A stretch of 64,000 nucleotides of DNA, taken from Convolutriloba macropyga (Eukaryota). Below, piece by piece: positions 13,349 to 25,759 of the stretch. The position numbers and the translations under genes were made by a program. The stretch is taken from positions 2,728,001 through 2,792,000 of the forward strand of contig NC_134469.1 in NCBI RefSeq assembly GCF_964194025.1. Reading direction: 5' to 3'. Each line of letters starts with the position of its first letter. Position 1 is the stretch's first letter. The notes under the pieces were generated by a model, which had not been told where the DNA came from, ran no database searches, and was given only the letters and a program-made list of their open reading frames with translations.

Positions 13349-13714
13349 AATTGCTCTTGAACGAAGTTCATAGCAATTATTGTAAACGTGTTGGTCTTTT
13401 TTTTAATGCACATTTTTTGCTTGACCGTTTTGCGCTTTTCTTCTAGAACTTTCTTTGACTTCTCACGTTAATTTTCACGCTTTCGTTCTTCTTTTTTGAG
13501 TGATCTCTATTGACCTCACTCCGAAGTAGAGTTTGTTGCTCATATAAAATCGGTTGCAGCACAGCAACAAGAAGGGCCGGATAACCAAGTGGGCAGTGCA
13601 TCTAGTTGTGGATCGGGAGGTCAATGGCTCGAATCCCATCCCGGCGGGGTCAAATGTTTTTCCACCCGCCTGTCGTTCGAGAGCAATTCTTCCGACATTA
13701 GTCGGTTTAAGTTT
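13349..13714 (+). mobile_element. Full-length HINE-like element with internal tRNA-derived cassette (13574-13647)
   Basis: Inverted repeats AATTGCTCTTGAACGA (13349-13364) / TCGTTCGAGAGCAATT (13673-13688); 3' hairpin CCGAC-atta-GTCGG (13692-13705); T-rich flanks and no TSD; A box TAACCAAGTGG, B box GGCTCGAATCCC. Confidence 0.75.
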
Positions 13715-14957
13715 TAAATTGTTTGTGGAAGAACTTTTTGAGGAGCCACTGAAGTCTCGAACTCAGTTATTGTAGTCATGTGTCTTTTATGCAAAAAGTT
13801 GTATTTACCATTTTTCGAGAAAATTCTATGGCTGGGTTGAGCATTATGACTTATGGTCGGCCTGTTGGTCTCTTTTAATGTTTCTTGATCTTTCATCTGC
13901 TAAACATTTTTGAATTTTTTCGCTCCAGTTCTCATTCATAAAGTTCAGCAGTTGAACTCAATTGACATCAGATTTTTTCAACTGTAAGTTGCTTTTTTTT
14001 CAATTTGAATCACTATTGGTCTACGAGCTCTCATAACATACGAAGGCCCTTAATGATGTTATTGCCTCACTATCTCAGCCTGTTGTTTTGGAGCAAATCA
14101 TCCAATGGTATATTGATTTGTTAAATTGCCCTCTTCTGAAGTTAGAAAAAGTAATTGTAATCGTCTGGTTTTTGTGCAAAATTTTTGCTCGGACGTTTTT
14201 GTTCTAGAATATTCTTTCGGTCGCTGGAGTGGATATTCTTTTGTCGCTCGGTTACTTTTCGTCAGTGGAAGTTGTGAAGCCCGAGAGCATTAAGCTCTGT
14301 GCAGTTCACTTTGAGCCTTTGTAGGTGCTAAGTATCTGGTTCGCTAACGCTGCTGAGTCATATTTAATGGCGTGAAAATTTTTTTTTTAATTTTACTCGG
14401 GTCTGACCCCCACATTTCTGCCCCGTTCCTTTACCAAGGACACTAGAACCGTCTATTTTTAAGCTAGGCAGTCAAAATTGTCCCCTCGAATGGCCCCTAA
14501 TGTTTTTCGAGTAAAGTTCTCAGTCAGGCAGCGCTGATTCAAAACTCGTCTATCCAAAACTCTTATTCCGCTAATATTCAAATGCGGATATTAAGTGTAT
14601 GACACAGCTAGTAAAACAGAGCTTCAGAAAGCAAATTTGAAATTTGTTTTCTCAAGCTCTGCCTGACTGACGGAGTTTTGGAATTGTATCTTCAATCAAT
14701 GAGTTTCCCAAGTTGTGAGGTGGACCTCCATTTTTTTTTACTCTCGGAAAAAGTTGCTGGGCAAAATTTTAAGACAGGAATTGCAGAGTTTGTTAACCAA
14801 TGTTATTAATAAATACAAAATTGCAGCGCTGTTTATAGGAAACCAAAAGTACCCAACAGAAAAGAACGATAACGATAACGTTTTTATCTTGTTTGCCAAT
14901 ATGGAAACCTATAGTATAAATTTTTGACTGAAACTGTTCTGAAACAGTATATTTAAC

Positions 14958-15210
14958 ACTAACCTGAGGTTATGATCAATTATCTACAAGGTAGTCATTC
15001 TGAATTTTGGCAAGGCTAATAAATTACAATTATCCTTGGTTCTTATCAAAAGATAACCTAACTGGCCGGAATCTATCGAGTGATATCTTTTGAAAAGAAC
15101 CAAGGATAATTGTAATTTATTAGCCTCGTCAAAATTCAGAATGACTACCTTGTAGATAATTGATCATAACCTCAGGTTAGTAGTAAGTAGATTCCGGCCA
15201 ATTAGATTAT
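14958..15210. repeat. Long near-perfect palindrome (98-bp arms) plus an inverted copy of its spacer
   Basis: 14958-15055 is the reverse complement of 15084-15181; 15188-15210 is the reverse complement of 15053-15075 with 2 mismatches. Confidence 0.92.
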
Positions 15211-15395
15211 TTTTCAAGTGCTGTGTATTATAATGTCAAATACAACATATACAAGGTTTGAAAATTTAACTCTAACTCGCAGTTTACTCATGTAGCGTGC
15301 ATGTTTTATAACGGTGAAAAATCACACGAGGGGCATTATAAGTGGGAGAGATAATTGTTACTGATCAACTGAACAAGTTCTGACTATTTTTACAG

Positions 15396-15559
15396 GGACC
15401 ACAAGCCTAATGACGCAGACGAGCAGCGTCGTATCCTGGCAGGCGGAGGATGGGTTGAGTTCAACAGGGTTAATGGCAACCTGGCCTTATCACGTGCTTT
15501 AGGAGACTTCAACTACAAACGCAACAAAGCACGCAGGCCTGAGGATCAAATTGTAACAG
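15396..15559 (+). CDS. PP2C exon C (absent from the ORF track)
   Basis: Translates to DHKPNDADEQRRILAGGGWVEFNRVNGNLALSRALGDFNYKRNKARRPEDQIVT; acceptor tttacag, donor GTTTGA; phase 2/1. Confidence 0.96.
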
Positions 15560-18500
15560 GTTTGATAACTATGAAAACATCTGTCACATATAAGCTTTAA
15601 ATAGAAGGCAATGTTTCAATCAAAGTATTACGCTTGACTAGTGGCTCTGACTACTTTGAGCTCGAATCTTCTTCTGATCAGACCATCTCGGACCGAAGTG
15701 ACCTCTCATCAGACAAGTCCAGACTAAAGTGCGCTCAAAAACTTCTCCGGAGCATGTAATTCGAGCGCACCATGAGGCGTGAGCTCGAATATAGTCTGAT
15801 CAGAGGTCACTTCGGTGTGGGTACCCCGATTTGTGATTTCTCTTGTAGGCGTGTTCTTAAAATACTGTACTGAATATATCGACTATCCGATAAAGTTTCA
15901 AAACTTATTGAATAATTCAGGCTGTAAAAGGGTTCGCGTTTAACATAAAGTGGACTTGGAGCCCAGTAACCAAAATAGAAGTGTGGGGTAACGAGAGAAG
16001 GCTCGTTAAAACTTGGAAGCTTAGAAAAACTGCACAGCAGTGCGCAGACAGTGATAATTAATCAATTAAAAATAACGGATGCGTCGTAATTAAATCGGAA
16101 GTAAGAGTGTAAAGCCTGGCCCAGCCATCGTCTTAAGAACTTTGGCTTCTCAAGTTTCGAATTTCATGACCCCATTGGATTAAAATTGTCAAAGTTGCTG
16201 AGACGTTTCGTGCCGCCGTCAATTATTATAATAGAGCGTTTGGCTCGAAATTTTTATTAGAATTAGGTTCGTTCAGTTTTTTGTTGTTTATTCATTCGGG
16301 GGTGTGTTTTTTGCTTAGAGATAGAAAAGTTGTTAAGAAAGTGTTTTTCTTTTTTCAGAAGTAGTTTGTTTTCGTCTGGGATTGGGCTGAATGGAATTTC
16401 TTAAGCACATCTGTGTTGATGCTTTGATACTATCCTATTTCTGTTGCATTAATCCCGAATGGGTTTTTGAGGTGATTTTCTAGTAATATATGTAGGCTTT
16501 TAGCTATATACTACTTTTAATGAGAATGGTGTTCTTAAAAACAAGAGTTTTAATTTGTTATGCGTAATCTTGATTGAACAGAATTAGGCGTTTCGATCTA
16601 ATATATAGTTTAAAGACTTCATCCTTTTTGTAGATTTGGGACTCAATTGCTTTACTTTTACTAATGGATAATTATTTTCCAATAGAAATTGTGACCGCTT
16701 TTTAGTGTAAATTAAGAAAATTTCGACGAATTCTTTGACCGTTTTCTACTGGCCATTACTTATTTTCGTTCATCTGTCTGTGCATTAGTCTAATCCTCGG
16801 TCTCTTGATCAGCGTTTAGCCTAACGGCTGCGCGCAATCAACGTTGGGCGTATTTTCTATTGATTTGTTCTTGTTTGAAAAAAAATTAATGGCTTTTTCG
16901 TCACCTGTTTAGGCTTTTTCGTCATCTGTTTAAGCATTGTGTCAATCCCAATTGAGGTCTTAGATATCAATTTCGGCCATTTTTCCTAGAATCTGCTTGT
17001 TAGCCAATTAGTAGTTGACGTAATCAGCATCTTTTACAGCCTCTTTCATCATTGCTAACACTATTTTTCGAAGAATTGAAATTGTGAAGTCATAAGAATA
17101 CACGTGGTTTGGTGGAGGTTTTTTTTAAAAAAGAAAAAGTTTTCAGGCAACTTTGGGACAAATTTGCGACAGGGGAGAGAAAGATTTTTAATTGCTCTCG
17201 AATAAAATCTTAAGGAATTTGTAGAATTTTTGCCGATAGACACTTGCCTAGGTAAGTTGAGCTCACGTGTCAATTTCCTCTCTCAAACTATCAAAAAGTT
17301 TTTGACGAACGGCTGTTCATTGAATCGCAATTCTCTGATCTTTTTTTCTTGTGCCTAAGGCTACTCAATTTTATCAGATTTTATCAGCAAAAATGTAACT
17401 TGTCGTTTGTAACTTTTTGACCTAGCATATAAGCGCAGTAGTGGGCGTAGAAGGTCAGTCACCGGATGCAACTTATCTTCTGTAAATGTTTTCTCGAGTT
17501 GGCCGGAGTTGTGTGTTTAACTCCATTTGATGATTTCGAGAAAATGGCACCATTCATGCTCAACAATCCGTATGCAAGTTTATGCATGCTGCTTTTTACT
17601 CTCTCCCAGTTAGGGATAAGTATTCGATTTAACCTATGGGAACCTTTGCCTCCAACTTACGATGTAGTAATGTTTGTTAAACATTTTTTAACCCTTTCCT
17701 AATGGTCATAAGTAAAAAGGAAAACTTAGCTTTCTACTCCTTTTTCATTGAAACATAATTTCCAGCGTTAATACTATGCGATTAAAAGGTAATTTATCTG
17801 ATCTATTCACGTGTGAATGAGCTTTTGGTAAACATTTTGACTCTGGTAAAAGTTGTTTCTTTCATAGAAGCACAAAAAAATTCAGTTATCAATTTTTTTT
17901 AAAGGCAAAAGAACGGTTTCGGGAACCAGAAAAAGCTTGTTTTTTTCTCATTGCGTTAGCAATTGGCCTAGGAGTCCTCAGTTAAAATTTGAGACCAATT
18001 GTGCTTGAAGTACAGTTCAAGTGGTTTGGTGAGGGGGTTGCGAAATTCCGTAAGCTTGGTTTTGGAACATTTAGGGACCCTGAAGAAGCACCAGAGATTG
18101 ACAGACCAATGTTTCTTGCTCCGCAAACTCAAGGAATTAGTGGGCATGCCATTTTTTTCATGAAATTAGTGGACATGCTATTTCTTGTTCGCTCAATGAT
18201 TTAATGCAAACACCACTAAATTACAAAAATTCCTATTCATTATTCCTTAATTTCTACTAGCTTTCATTTAACTACTAAATTAAAACAATGGATTTCCAAT
18301 TATATTATTCAATTCTCCAATTTCATTGAAAAATTCCACAAAATGTCTCTCGTTAACTGACAGAAAAAAAAACATTTTAAACACTTATGGAGTCCGTACA
18401 ACAAACCAGAACTCAACCTTATTAAGAGACGGGACTCAAATCCTTGCATTCCAGAAATGCAAGGATTATTGATGAAAGGCTACGTCAAGAAGATGATCAT

Positions 18501-18609
18501 ATAGCATGTTGAGCTTTCCTATGAGGTTCAGGGAATCCGGCCTATTATTCGGCAAGTAATACGTAACTGAGATTATTGCAATGAGCAAATTGTTTAATCG
18601 CCGCTATAG

Positions 18610-19150
18610 TGGGCTTTTGGTTCATGCTTCACGCCTTACACTTGACAGAATTTGCGACGAATTAGGACTAGTTAGAAACGAAAGGCTAATGCTAGAAAAT
18701 AATTGCTTTAAGAACACCCCTTCGTAAGATCCTACAATCCTTATACCGAAAAACGTAGATACTATTGATCCAGTTTTTAATTGCGTATGCGCTGCACTTA
18801 GTACTATTTTGACCGGCAATCCTAATCCGGGTGGAAAACCAAATAATGCTGTTCGGTTTCTTACGGAAAGAAGACCTTGACCGCCACCTATTAAAATCCA
18901 TGGGCGCTGCCCCTCTTATTAATGGACTGGATGATCTTAATTTTGTTACAATGACAGACTTAAAGATGCTATCCCGAGCTATTCGAACTAACATTTACAT
19001 GTTTTACGACACCGATGTGGCAGAGTATGCCCGCTGGGACCGCTATACCGGGAACAAGGGGCCCAAATAGAGGTGGCATTTACTTAAAAGTGGGCATGAG
19101 TTGTTGAACAATGCCTTGTTTTATTGTTACTCGTGTTAAGCCGAAAGAAA
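18610..19150 (+). pseudogene. Decayed OTU-like cysteine protease domain, probably transposon-derived
   Basis: One frame gives TIDPVFNCVCAALSTILTGN (resembles the OTU Cys box DGNCxFRALSxxLTG). After a frameshift come FVTMTDLKMLSRAIRTNIYMF...W.RY and GIYLK. Stops and frameshifts are present. Confidence 0.5.
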
Positions 19151-22100
19151 TGAGTGGTAAGTTGCTCAATTTTGATAATTGATGAAACCAAACTATCACT
19201 TACAATACAACTGTTTAAATAGAATTAAAGTTAAGTTTCGCTGAATTTGGGATGCTCATTTTCCTCTTTTTATTCTCATTAGCGTTTTTTGTTCGAATCT
19301 TCCGTCTTTTCACAAGTCGCTCTCATAAGTAGTCGATTGTTGCTCCTGTTGTTCGTGTTGTTGCTGTTGTTGTGTTGCAGCAAAAGAATTTTCTTAGGTA
19401 GATTTGCTCCCCTTGGTTTTCTTCGTTTTCGTGTCAGATATCCGAAAATGTTCCGCCTGTGGCTTTTCTCCAGCCACAGGAGGTAGCCTTACTGTTGCCT
19501 TCCCAAGTCGCGCGTTGACGATTTTGTGGTCCATGACGCGGGCGTGCAATTAACTATTTAAGCCTGACAATTAAGTTCAGATAAGGATTTTGGAACAAGG
19601 CCAACTATGTCAACTTACTAATTTCAATTTAAATGTAAAGAAACTGGGGGCAATGAATTGATGAATTTTTTGTAGTTTCAGGGAGCTAAGTTCTAAGGTC
19701 AATGACCGCGAGGTTTTCTAACTCGAATTATCTTGGCCTTATTTGCCTTGCCCCAAATCGCGCCCCAATTTTGTGTGCCTACTATCAGGTCTTACTTTGT
19801 CTAGCAAAACACCAATTTGGTATTGTCGGGCGTTTGTGTGCTAATTTGGTCTTATCTTTGTTACAACAACTTATTTGAGTCCTAATTATTTGTTTCATTA
19901 GTCCTAGTGTGAGTGCGCATACTTTTATATGGGGCCTGTCAAAAACCTGTTTGTTTAGCCCGCAAAGTTTTTTGTGCGAAAGATAAAAGTGTGATTAACA
20001 AATATGTGAACTAACCAAGGAAACCAGGCATGAAACACTTGATCTAAATTTACACAATTCTTTTAGTCTCTCTGTATCATTTTGTTTATCATTTTGTTGT
20101 ACAATTTATCGCTCGCTTGTGCAATTTGATCTGTGGAATGACTTTTCATGCTTGATTTCTTGGTTTAAGCCGCTCGCTTTTTTCACCCGAACTTCACTAA
20201 AATAGTAAATCCGATTTCATTTTCTACTTTTAAATTTTAGTAGCTGTCTGAGGAAGCTCTTAGGCCATCTCACCAGGCTACTATACACTTCCATCCCCGA
20301 AAAATTGCTGAGCGGAGCTATTTGTGCCTTCTTATTTTTATTTCGTCAAGATTTCTGTTTCGAAGATATGACGTTACACTCACTTCAAATCTCCGTAACA
20401 TGAACTGTTCTCATTTAGAAGTGAAACAACTTTTAGGATAGATTTTCTAGCGAATTGTTGAAGCTTGTTTCTGCTAGTTATTTTGTTTTAGAAAAAGAAG
20501 CTCACATTAAAGCCAATAGATAGAAAGGGGTGATTAAAACTTAAATTTTAGGAGGCAGGTAACAAAAATGACTAATTATTTTTTACTAAGGATATTTAAA
20601 AATATTGCTGTTTTTAATTACTCAAACGAAGCTAAAAGAAATTATACAGAATATTAAAGCTAAGCTCGAATCCTTTATCTTAATTTCACGAAATAATTAT
20701 TCAGTGTCCGACGTGAAAGTAAACCAGCTTTCTGTTAACTTTTAAAACATCGTAACGAAAATTAGCATGATTTTATAGCAAACTCGAATGCAGCCATTAT
20801 CACTAGGGAAAGGGCCTTTTTAGCCTCAATCATACAATTGTGTCTCGTAAAAATATCAGCTGCTAACGATCTTAGTAAGAATACATCAGTCATTTTGGTT
20901 TTTTTTTATGAATTTTTTTGTAAGTTTTTGTCTGACCCGTTTTTTGTCTGAGCATTTGACTTCTAGTCTTCAGAAATGTGATATACATTTAAAAGCTGGA
21001 AAACCTCAGATCAATATGGTGTTGTCATAAAGCACTACTGTTCTGAAAGATCCGCTGCAATCGACAAATTGGGAAGGCAGAAATTCACGTCAAGGGGCAA
21101 TTTTTCACGTCTTGAATGCACCCCACCCATGATCTTTCCTATTTCCCCTTTCATGTCACCCATATTATTTACTTTGCCCCCTCGCCGCACACACCTAATA
21201 AGTCCATCAAAATATCGGTAGATAGTTTCCGCAAAAATTGTTGTCAACTCGTTTTTGCTGAGAAATTTAACAAAAACTTATGGAGGCCAGTAACAAAATT
21301 TGTGAAAAACATTTCAATACGTAATCCAAAAGCAAACTTTTTTACATTAAAAAGAAACAAGTGGACGTATAGGTAAGGGCGTAGAATTTTCAAGGGGCAG
21401 ACATTGAAAGTTCTTGACAAACTACTAGACAAACAAAAGGGTTTGAAATGTCAGAAAAGAGTTGGAATGCCTATTAAGACGTATCCCAAAAATAATACCC
21501 CCCTCTGCCAAACAACTTAACAGTACGTTCTGTAAGATCAGTAAACATGATATTTCTCAACAAATAGGAAATAATAATAATAATAAATTGTTTACTGTTG
21601 TCTTTACAGAGTCAATAAATTGTTTACACACTTGATCAAGTCTGATAAAAACAGAGCACCAGAGAGATCGCTATTAGACCACAAAGTCCGTTTTCAGGCG
21701 TCTCATAATCGGAAGAGAAATTTCATGATACTTAATTCAAAAGTTATCCAGTGGAGATCAAAATAAAAATGAGTGTGAAACAAGGAAGCTCATTGGTCTG
21801 TTTCTTGAAATTTACAGTTGTAGCCAAATGTTAGCAGATATTAATCAAAAGCTCATGATACAATTTGTAACTTGCTGTCTTGCGTTAATTTTTGTATGGT
21901 CTTAAAGGTGACGAGAGCTGTTGTTTGATTGCAATTCTCTTCAGGCAAAACAGAGCGCAATTTTGAACTTTTGCGCTTTTTAAACGAAAGTCCTCGCATG
22001 CATTAATTAATACCATTAATGGTCCGTCAGCTAGGAGCGCAAATAAAGTGCTCGATCTTGGTAAGGTACACAAGAAACCGGAATACCGTAATTGGTATAT

Positions 22101-22174
22101 GTATAGGATCTAAGATTGCCTTAAAATTTATCCTCGTCAATTGTGGCTCTAAATTGTGACTTCTATTTTTATAG

Positions 22175-22320
22175 CGTACCCGGAGATCTCGGTCACACCC
22201 TCGAGTCCAGAGCTAGAGTTCTTAGTAATTGCATGTGATGGTATTTGGGATGTGCTCACCAATGGAGAAGTTGTCGACTTCTGCCGAAAGAGAATTGCTA
22301 GACAGATGGAACCCGCACAG
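22175..22320 (+). CDS. PP2C exon D (absent from the ORF track)
   Basis: Translates to AYPEISVTPSSPELEFLVIACDGIWDVLTNGEVVDFCRKRIARQMEPAQ; acceptor tttatag, donor GTGAGC; phase 1/0. Confidence 0.96.
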
Positions 22321-22664
22321 GTGAGCTGATTGCTTTTAGTCTCAATTTAAAAGAAAAAAAACGGGACCGGGTACTATTTCCTCCACACTTTGATCAGATT
22401 TTTATGATAACTTTTCTGTTTTGCTGGTTGATAACTCTCATAAGTTGTTTTGCTGGTGCTGTGGCTAAGTGCCTAGCTATTAGAAGACTGAGTTATTGGT
22501 GCATATATCTATAATAAAGGTTTGTCAATGCTATTTTTGCTAAGTGCTATTGCGATCGAGTCCGGTAAATACGTTGTTTTCGACACAATTTCTACAAGGT
22601 TTACTGAAACAACCGAACTGCTATACACAGAGATAAATACTAAACCTCATATATAAGAAACAGG

Positions 22665-22832
22665 GGATCTTTTCCGTTTGTGCCCCCCCAGCTTAGTGGG
22701 TGCATATTATTTGCAACCCCCAGACGCACGTGCAATATTTTTACATAATGATTTACTATGTAATGATACGTGCTCTGTCACTGGGGGGAGCATAACGTAC
22801 TGGGGGGGGGGGGGCACAAACGGAAAAGATCC
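22665..22832. mobile_element. 168-bp MITE with 8-bp TSD (Merlin-, hAT- or P-type)
   Basis: TIR GGATCTTTTCCGTTTGTGCCCCCCC / GGGGGGGCACAAACGGAAAAGATCC; perfect TSD GAAACAGG at 22657-22664 and 22833-22840. Confidence 0.9.
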
Positions 22833-23407
22833 GAAACAGGCTATAATAAATCATTTTTCAACCGATCCAATTTTAGTATTGTCATAACTCTTTTGTTGCA
22901 TTAGGGCGTGTCTCAATGGGTGTTTATGCACTGATACTGGTTATGGCGAGGCACTTTGTTTAATTGGCGACAGCTGTATCTTTATAATAAGGCGGATTTC
23001 TCTGAAATAGGATCAACACAATTTATAGTTAGCCAACATCTTTAGGGGTCACCATCGAACGTTACTCGTAGAATAACTGAACGAGGATATCGAGTCAATT
23101 TATAATTGAACTGTTAAATATTGTATCGTCTAATGATCTATTCTGAAAGAGCAGACTGAAAAGCAAATAGATATCGGTCTCATGCTTGCCAGCTTAATTG
23201 CATATGACGTTGGAAATTTCACCATTGATTTCGAATTAATCTTTTACAAGATGTGATTCTTGTCAAGGTCACCTCCCACCCCCCCCCCCCACAATCTCCT
23301 CTTGATCCTCAGCATGCGCCTCCTAGGTGGAATATTATCATCTGTGTTTGATATTTATAATGATACATGATTTTTAGTCGCTAGTCGCAACCGGTCACTA
23401 GTCATTT

Positions 23408-23812
23408 TAGTGTATTCAAATGAAGTTCATAGCAATTGTTGTAAACGTGTTGGTCTTTTTATGCAAATTTTTCGCTTGACCATTTTGCGCTTTTCTTCTC
23501 GAACATTCTTTGACTTCTCAAGTGACTTTTTCACGCTTTCGTTCTTCATTTTTGAGTGATCTCTTTTGCTCTCACTCCGAAGTAAAGCTTGTTGCTAATA
23601 TAAATTGGTTAAAGCACCGCAAAATGAAGGATTAAATGGCGCAGTGGGCAGTGCATGCGGCTACGGAGCAGGAGGTTAATGGTTCGAATCACGGAGGGGT
23701 CAACTTTTCTTTGCACCCATAAAGAAAAGCTGATCTAGGCTGCGCCCCTGAATTGAACTGCCTCGCACCGTCGTTCAAGAGCAATTCTTCCGACATTTGT
23801 TGGTTTATGTTT
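23408..23812 (+). mobile_element. HINE-like element with tRNA-Arg(ACG)-like cassette (~23629-23700)
   Basis: Body is colinear with the 13349 copy; A box TGGCGCAGTGG, loop CTACGGA, B box GGTTCGAATC; 3' TCGTTCAAGAGCAATT (23771-23786) plus hairpin CCGAC-attt-GTTGG; 5' repeat degenerate. Confidence 0.72.
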
Positions 23813-24545
23813 CAATTAGTGGTTTGGTTGTGTAACTTTTTTAAACTCAAACACCTATTCATCTGCAAATTTGTTTGACAACTAAGTCAGAAATGTAGAT
23901 GAGCTCGAGTCGGATTATTGCGCAAACGCACATTTCCGATAATCCTTATTTGCTTTCTATGGTTAAGGGAAGAAAGTAAATATTTCTCAACGTCCTTTGA
24001 AATTACAAAGATTCTATGAATTGACAAATAGAGGTTTGCTTTTGGCTTCAGACACTTTGTATTAATTGAAGATCTGAATTTTTGTCGTTAAAATCTTGAT
24101 ATATGTCAGTACTTGCAAAGGAAACTTGCAAAAAAACAAATAACTGAAAAACTAAGGTTCTGCATAAATGAGTTTTTGAATTCCCGTATTTGTAATCACT
24201 GAGTTCATTGAATATGTAAGTGAACAGTACACGCTCTCATTTCTCGGTTGATTTTTTTTACTAACGGTCATCTTTTTCGTAGTAAACGTTCTTCGACTGA
24301 ACATCTATAGAATTTTTGTTTTTTCGCCTTTTTTAATAGGTGGACGTACATGGATGAAAATTGCTCTTCATTGTAAAGATAACAAGACAAGGCCATATTC
24401 ATCAGTTGAAAGATTCCCTGAGATCTCATTAATAGATCAGGATGATGATTTGGATTTGGGGATGAAATAGAACTCAAAAATCGGCTGTATATATACCCAT
24501 TATCAGTGCGAAAAAGTCAAGATACAAAACTAATCTTAGCATCAA

Positions 24546-24914
24546 GATTTATAGTGGGGTCATAAGGGTTACCCAATATGGTTTGCCTCTGCAAAATTCC
24601 TAGAAATCAGTCGCAGGGATACCATATATAGAATGCATGAACTTTAAGAATTCATTGAATTTTATAGGTCAGCTTACACTTATAGGTCACACTTATGGTC
24701 ACATGTACTTATGGTCACACTTGTCACTTATAGGTCGCACTTATAGGTCAGGTTTTTTTGATGATTTTCAAGAAAAATTTAAAGATGTAACGGAACACTT
24801 TATAAGTAGGTTTTGTCCGTATTTTTGCATTAGCTAGGAATTTCTAGGACTGATTTCTAGGAATTTTGCAGAGGCAAACCATATTGGGTAACCCTTATGA
24901 CCCCACTATAAATC
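24546..24914. mobile_element. MITE with 67-bp terminal inverted repeats and an internal ~13-bp tandem repeat
   Basis: 24546-24612 is the reverse complement of 24848-24914; CACTTATAGGTCA-like units at ~24660-24750. TA-flanked TAGTGGGG ends suggest Tc1/mariner. Confidence 0.85.
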
Positions 24915-25759
24915 GAAAGCAAATGAAGCTTACGCTGAGCACCCATTCAACGCTGTGCAGTGTAACAGAATTCTTTACTGAAATATCACAATTGTTTTTC
25001 GATCGAAGTTTTCCGAAACTTATAAATTTTGCAAGGTTTTTTAAAGTCTGATGGAACTTTTCTCAACAATTGACATCAATGTTGTTAACAATGGAAGAAA
25101 TCAGCAATTTAATGAGATTGACTCAAATTATCAAAGATAAACGTAAAAGATCTGAAGGCAAATGTAAAATTTCTAAAAATTGCTGAGAATGACTAAAAAC
25201 CTGTTGTGTTTTCATTCATGACAACTGCTAACGAGGGAAAAATGATGGAAGCCCTCCGTTTGCTAGGGAATATTTTGGAAAGAATGGAAAGCAGTATCAA
25301 ATTAATTGAACTGGTGTGAAACCGACAATATTTGCTATAATACAAAATCATCTGTTTGAAGTGCGTATTCAACAAGTTTTGAAACACTTGATCATAAATT
25401 CGGGGTCAAAAATTGAAGAATTACAAATTTTCATATAAGTTTTCAAAACTAGTGACATTTAAATGATGTTAATGCCCAGTATTAACTTCTCCATGAATTT
25501 GTGTAAAGTGCCCTATTTTGTTGATTCTGAATTACTTCGTAATGTTATAAGGTTTTTGAAAGTCATGTAAAAAGAGAAATGAGTTGTAACTTTTGATGTC
25601 ATGAAACCAAACAAGTAAAGCAAATAATTGAACTTAAAATAATGGGAACAAAAAAGACATGATACGACAAAGAAAGAAGGATAGGCAACGTCGTGATCAA
25701 ATGAGATTAAAACTAAATTGGAAAATTAGAATAATGTTCACATAACTCGAAAAGGCGAA

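Noticed and set aside
13574-13647. Functional tRNA-His(GTG), and functional tRNAs at 1044, 23629, 36138 and 44097
   Set aside because: Acceptor and anticodon stems are mismatched and most sit inside repeats; treated as tRNA-derived.
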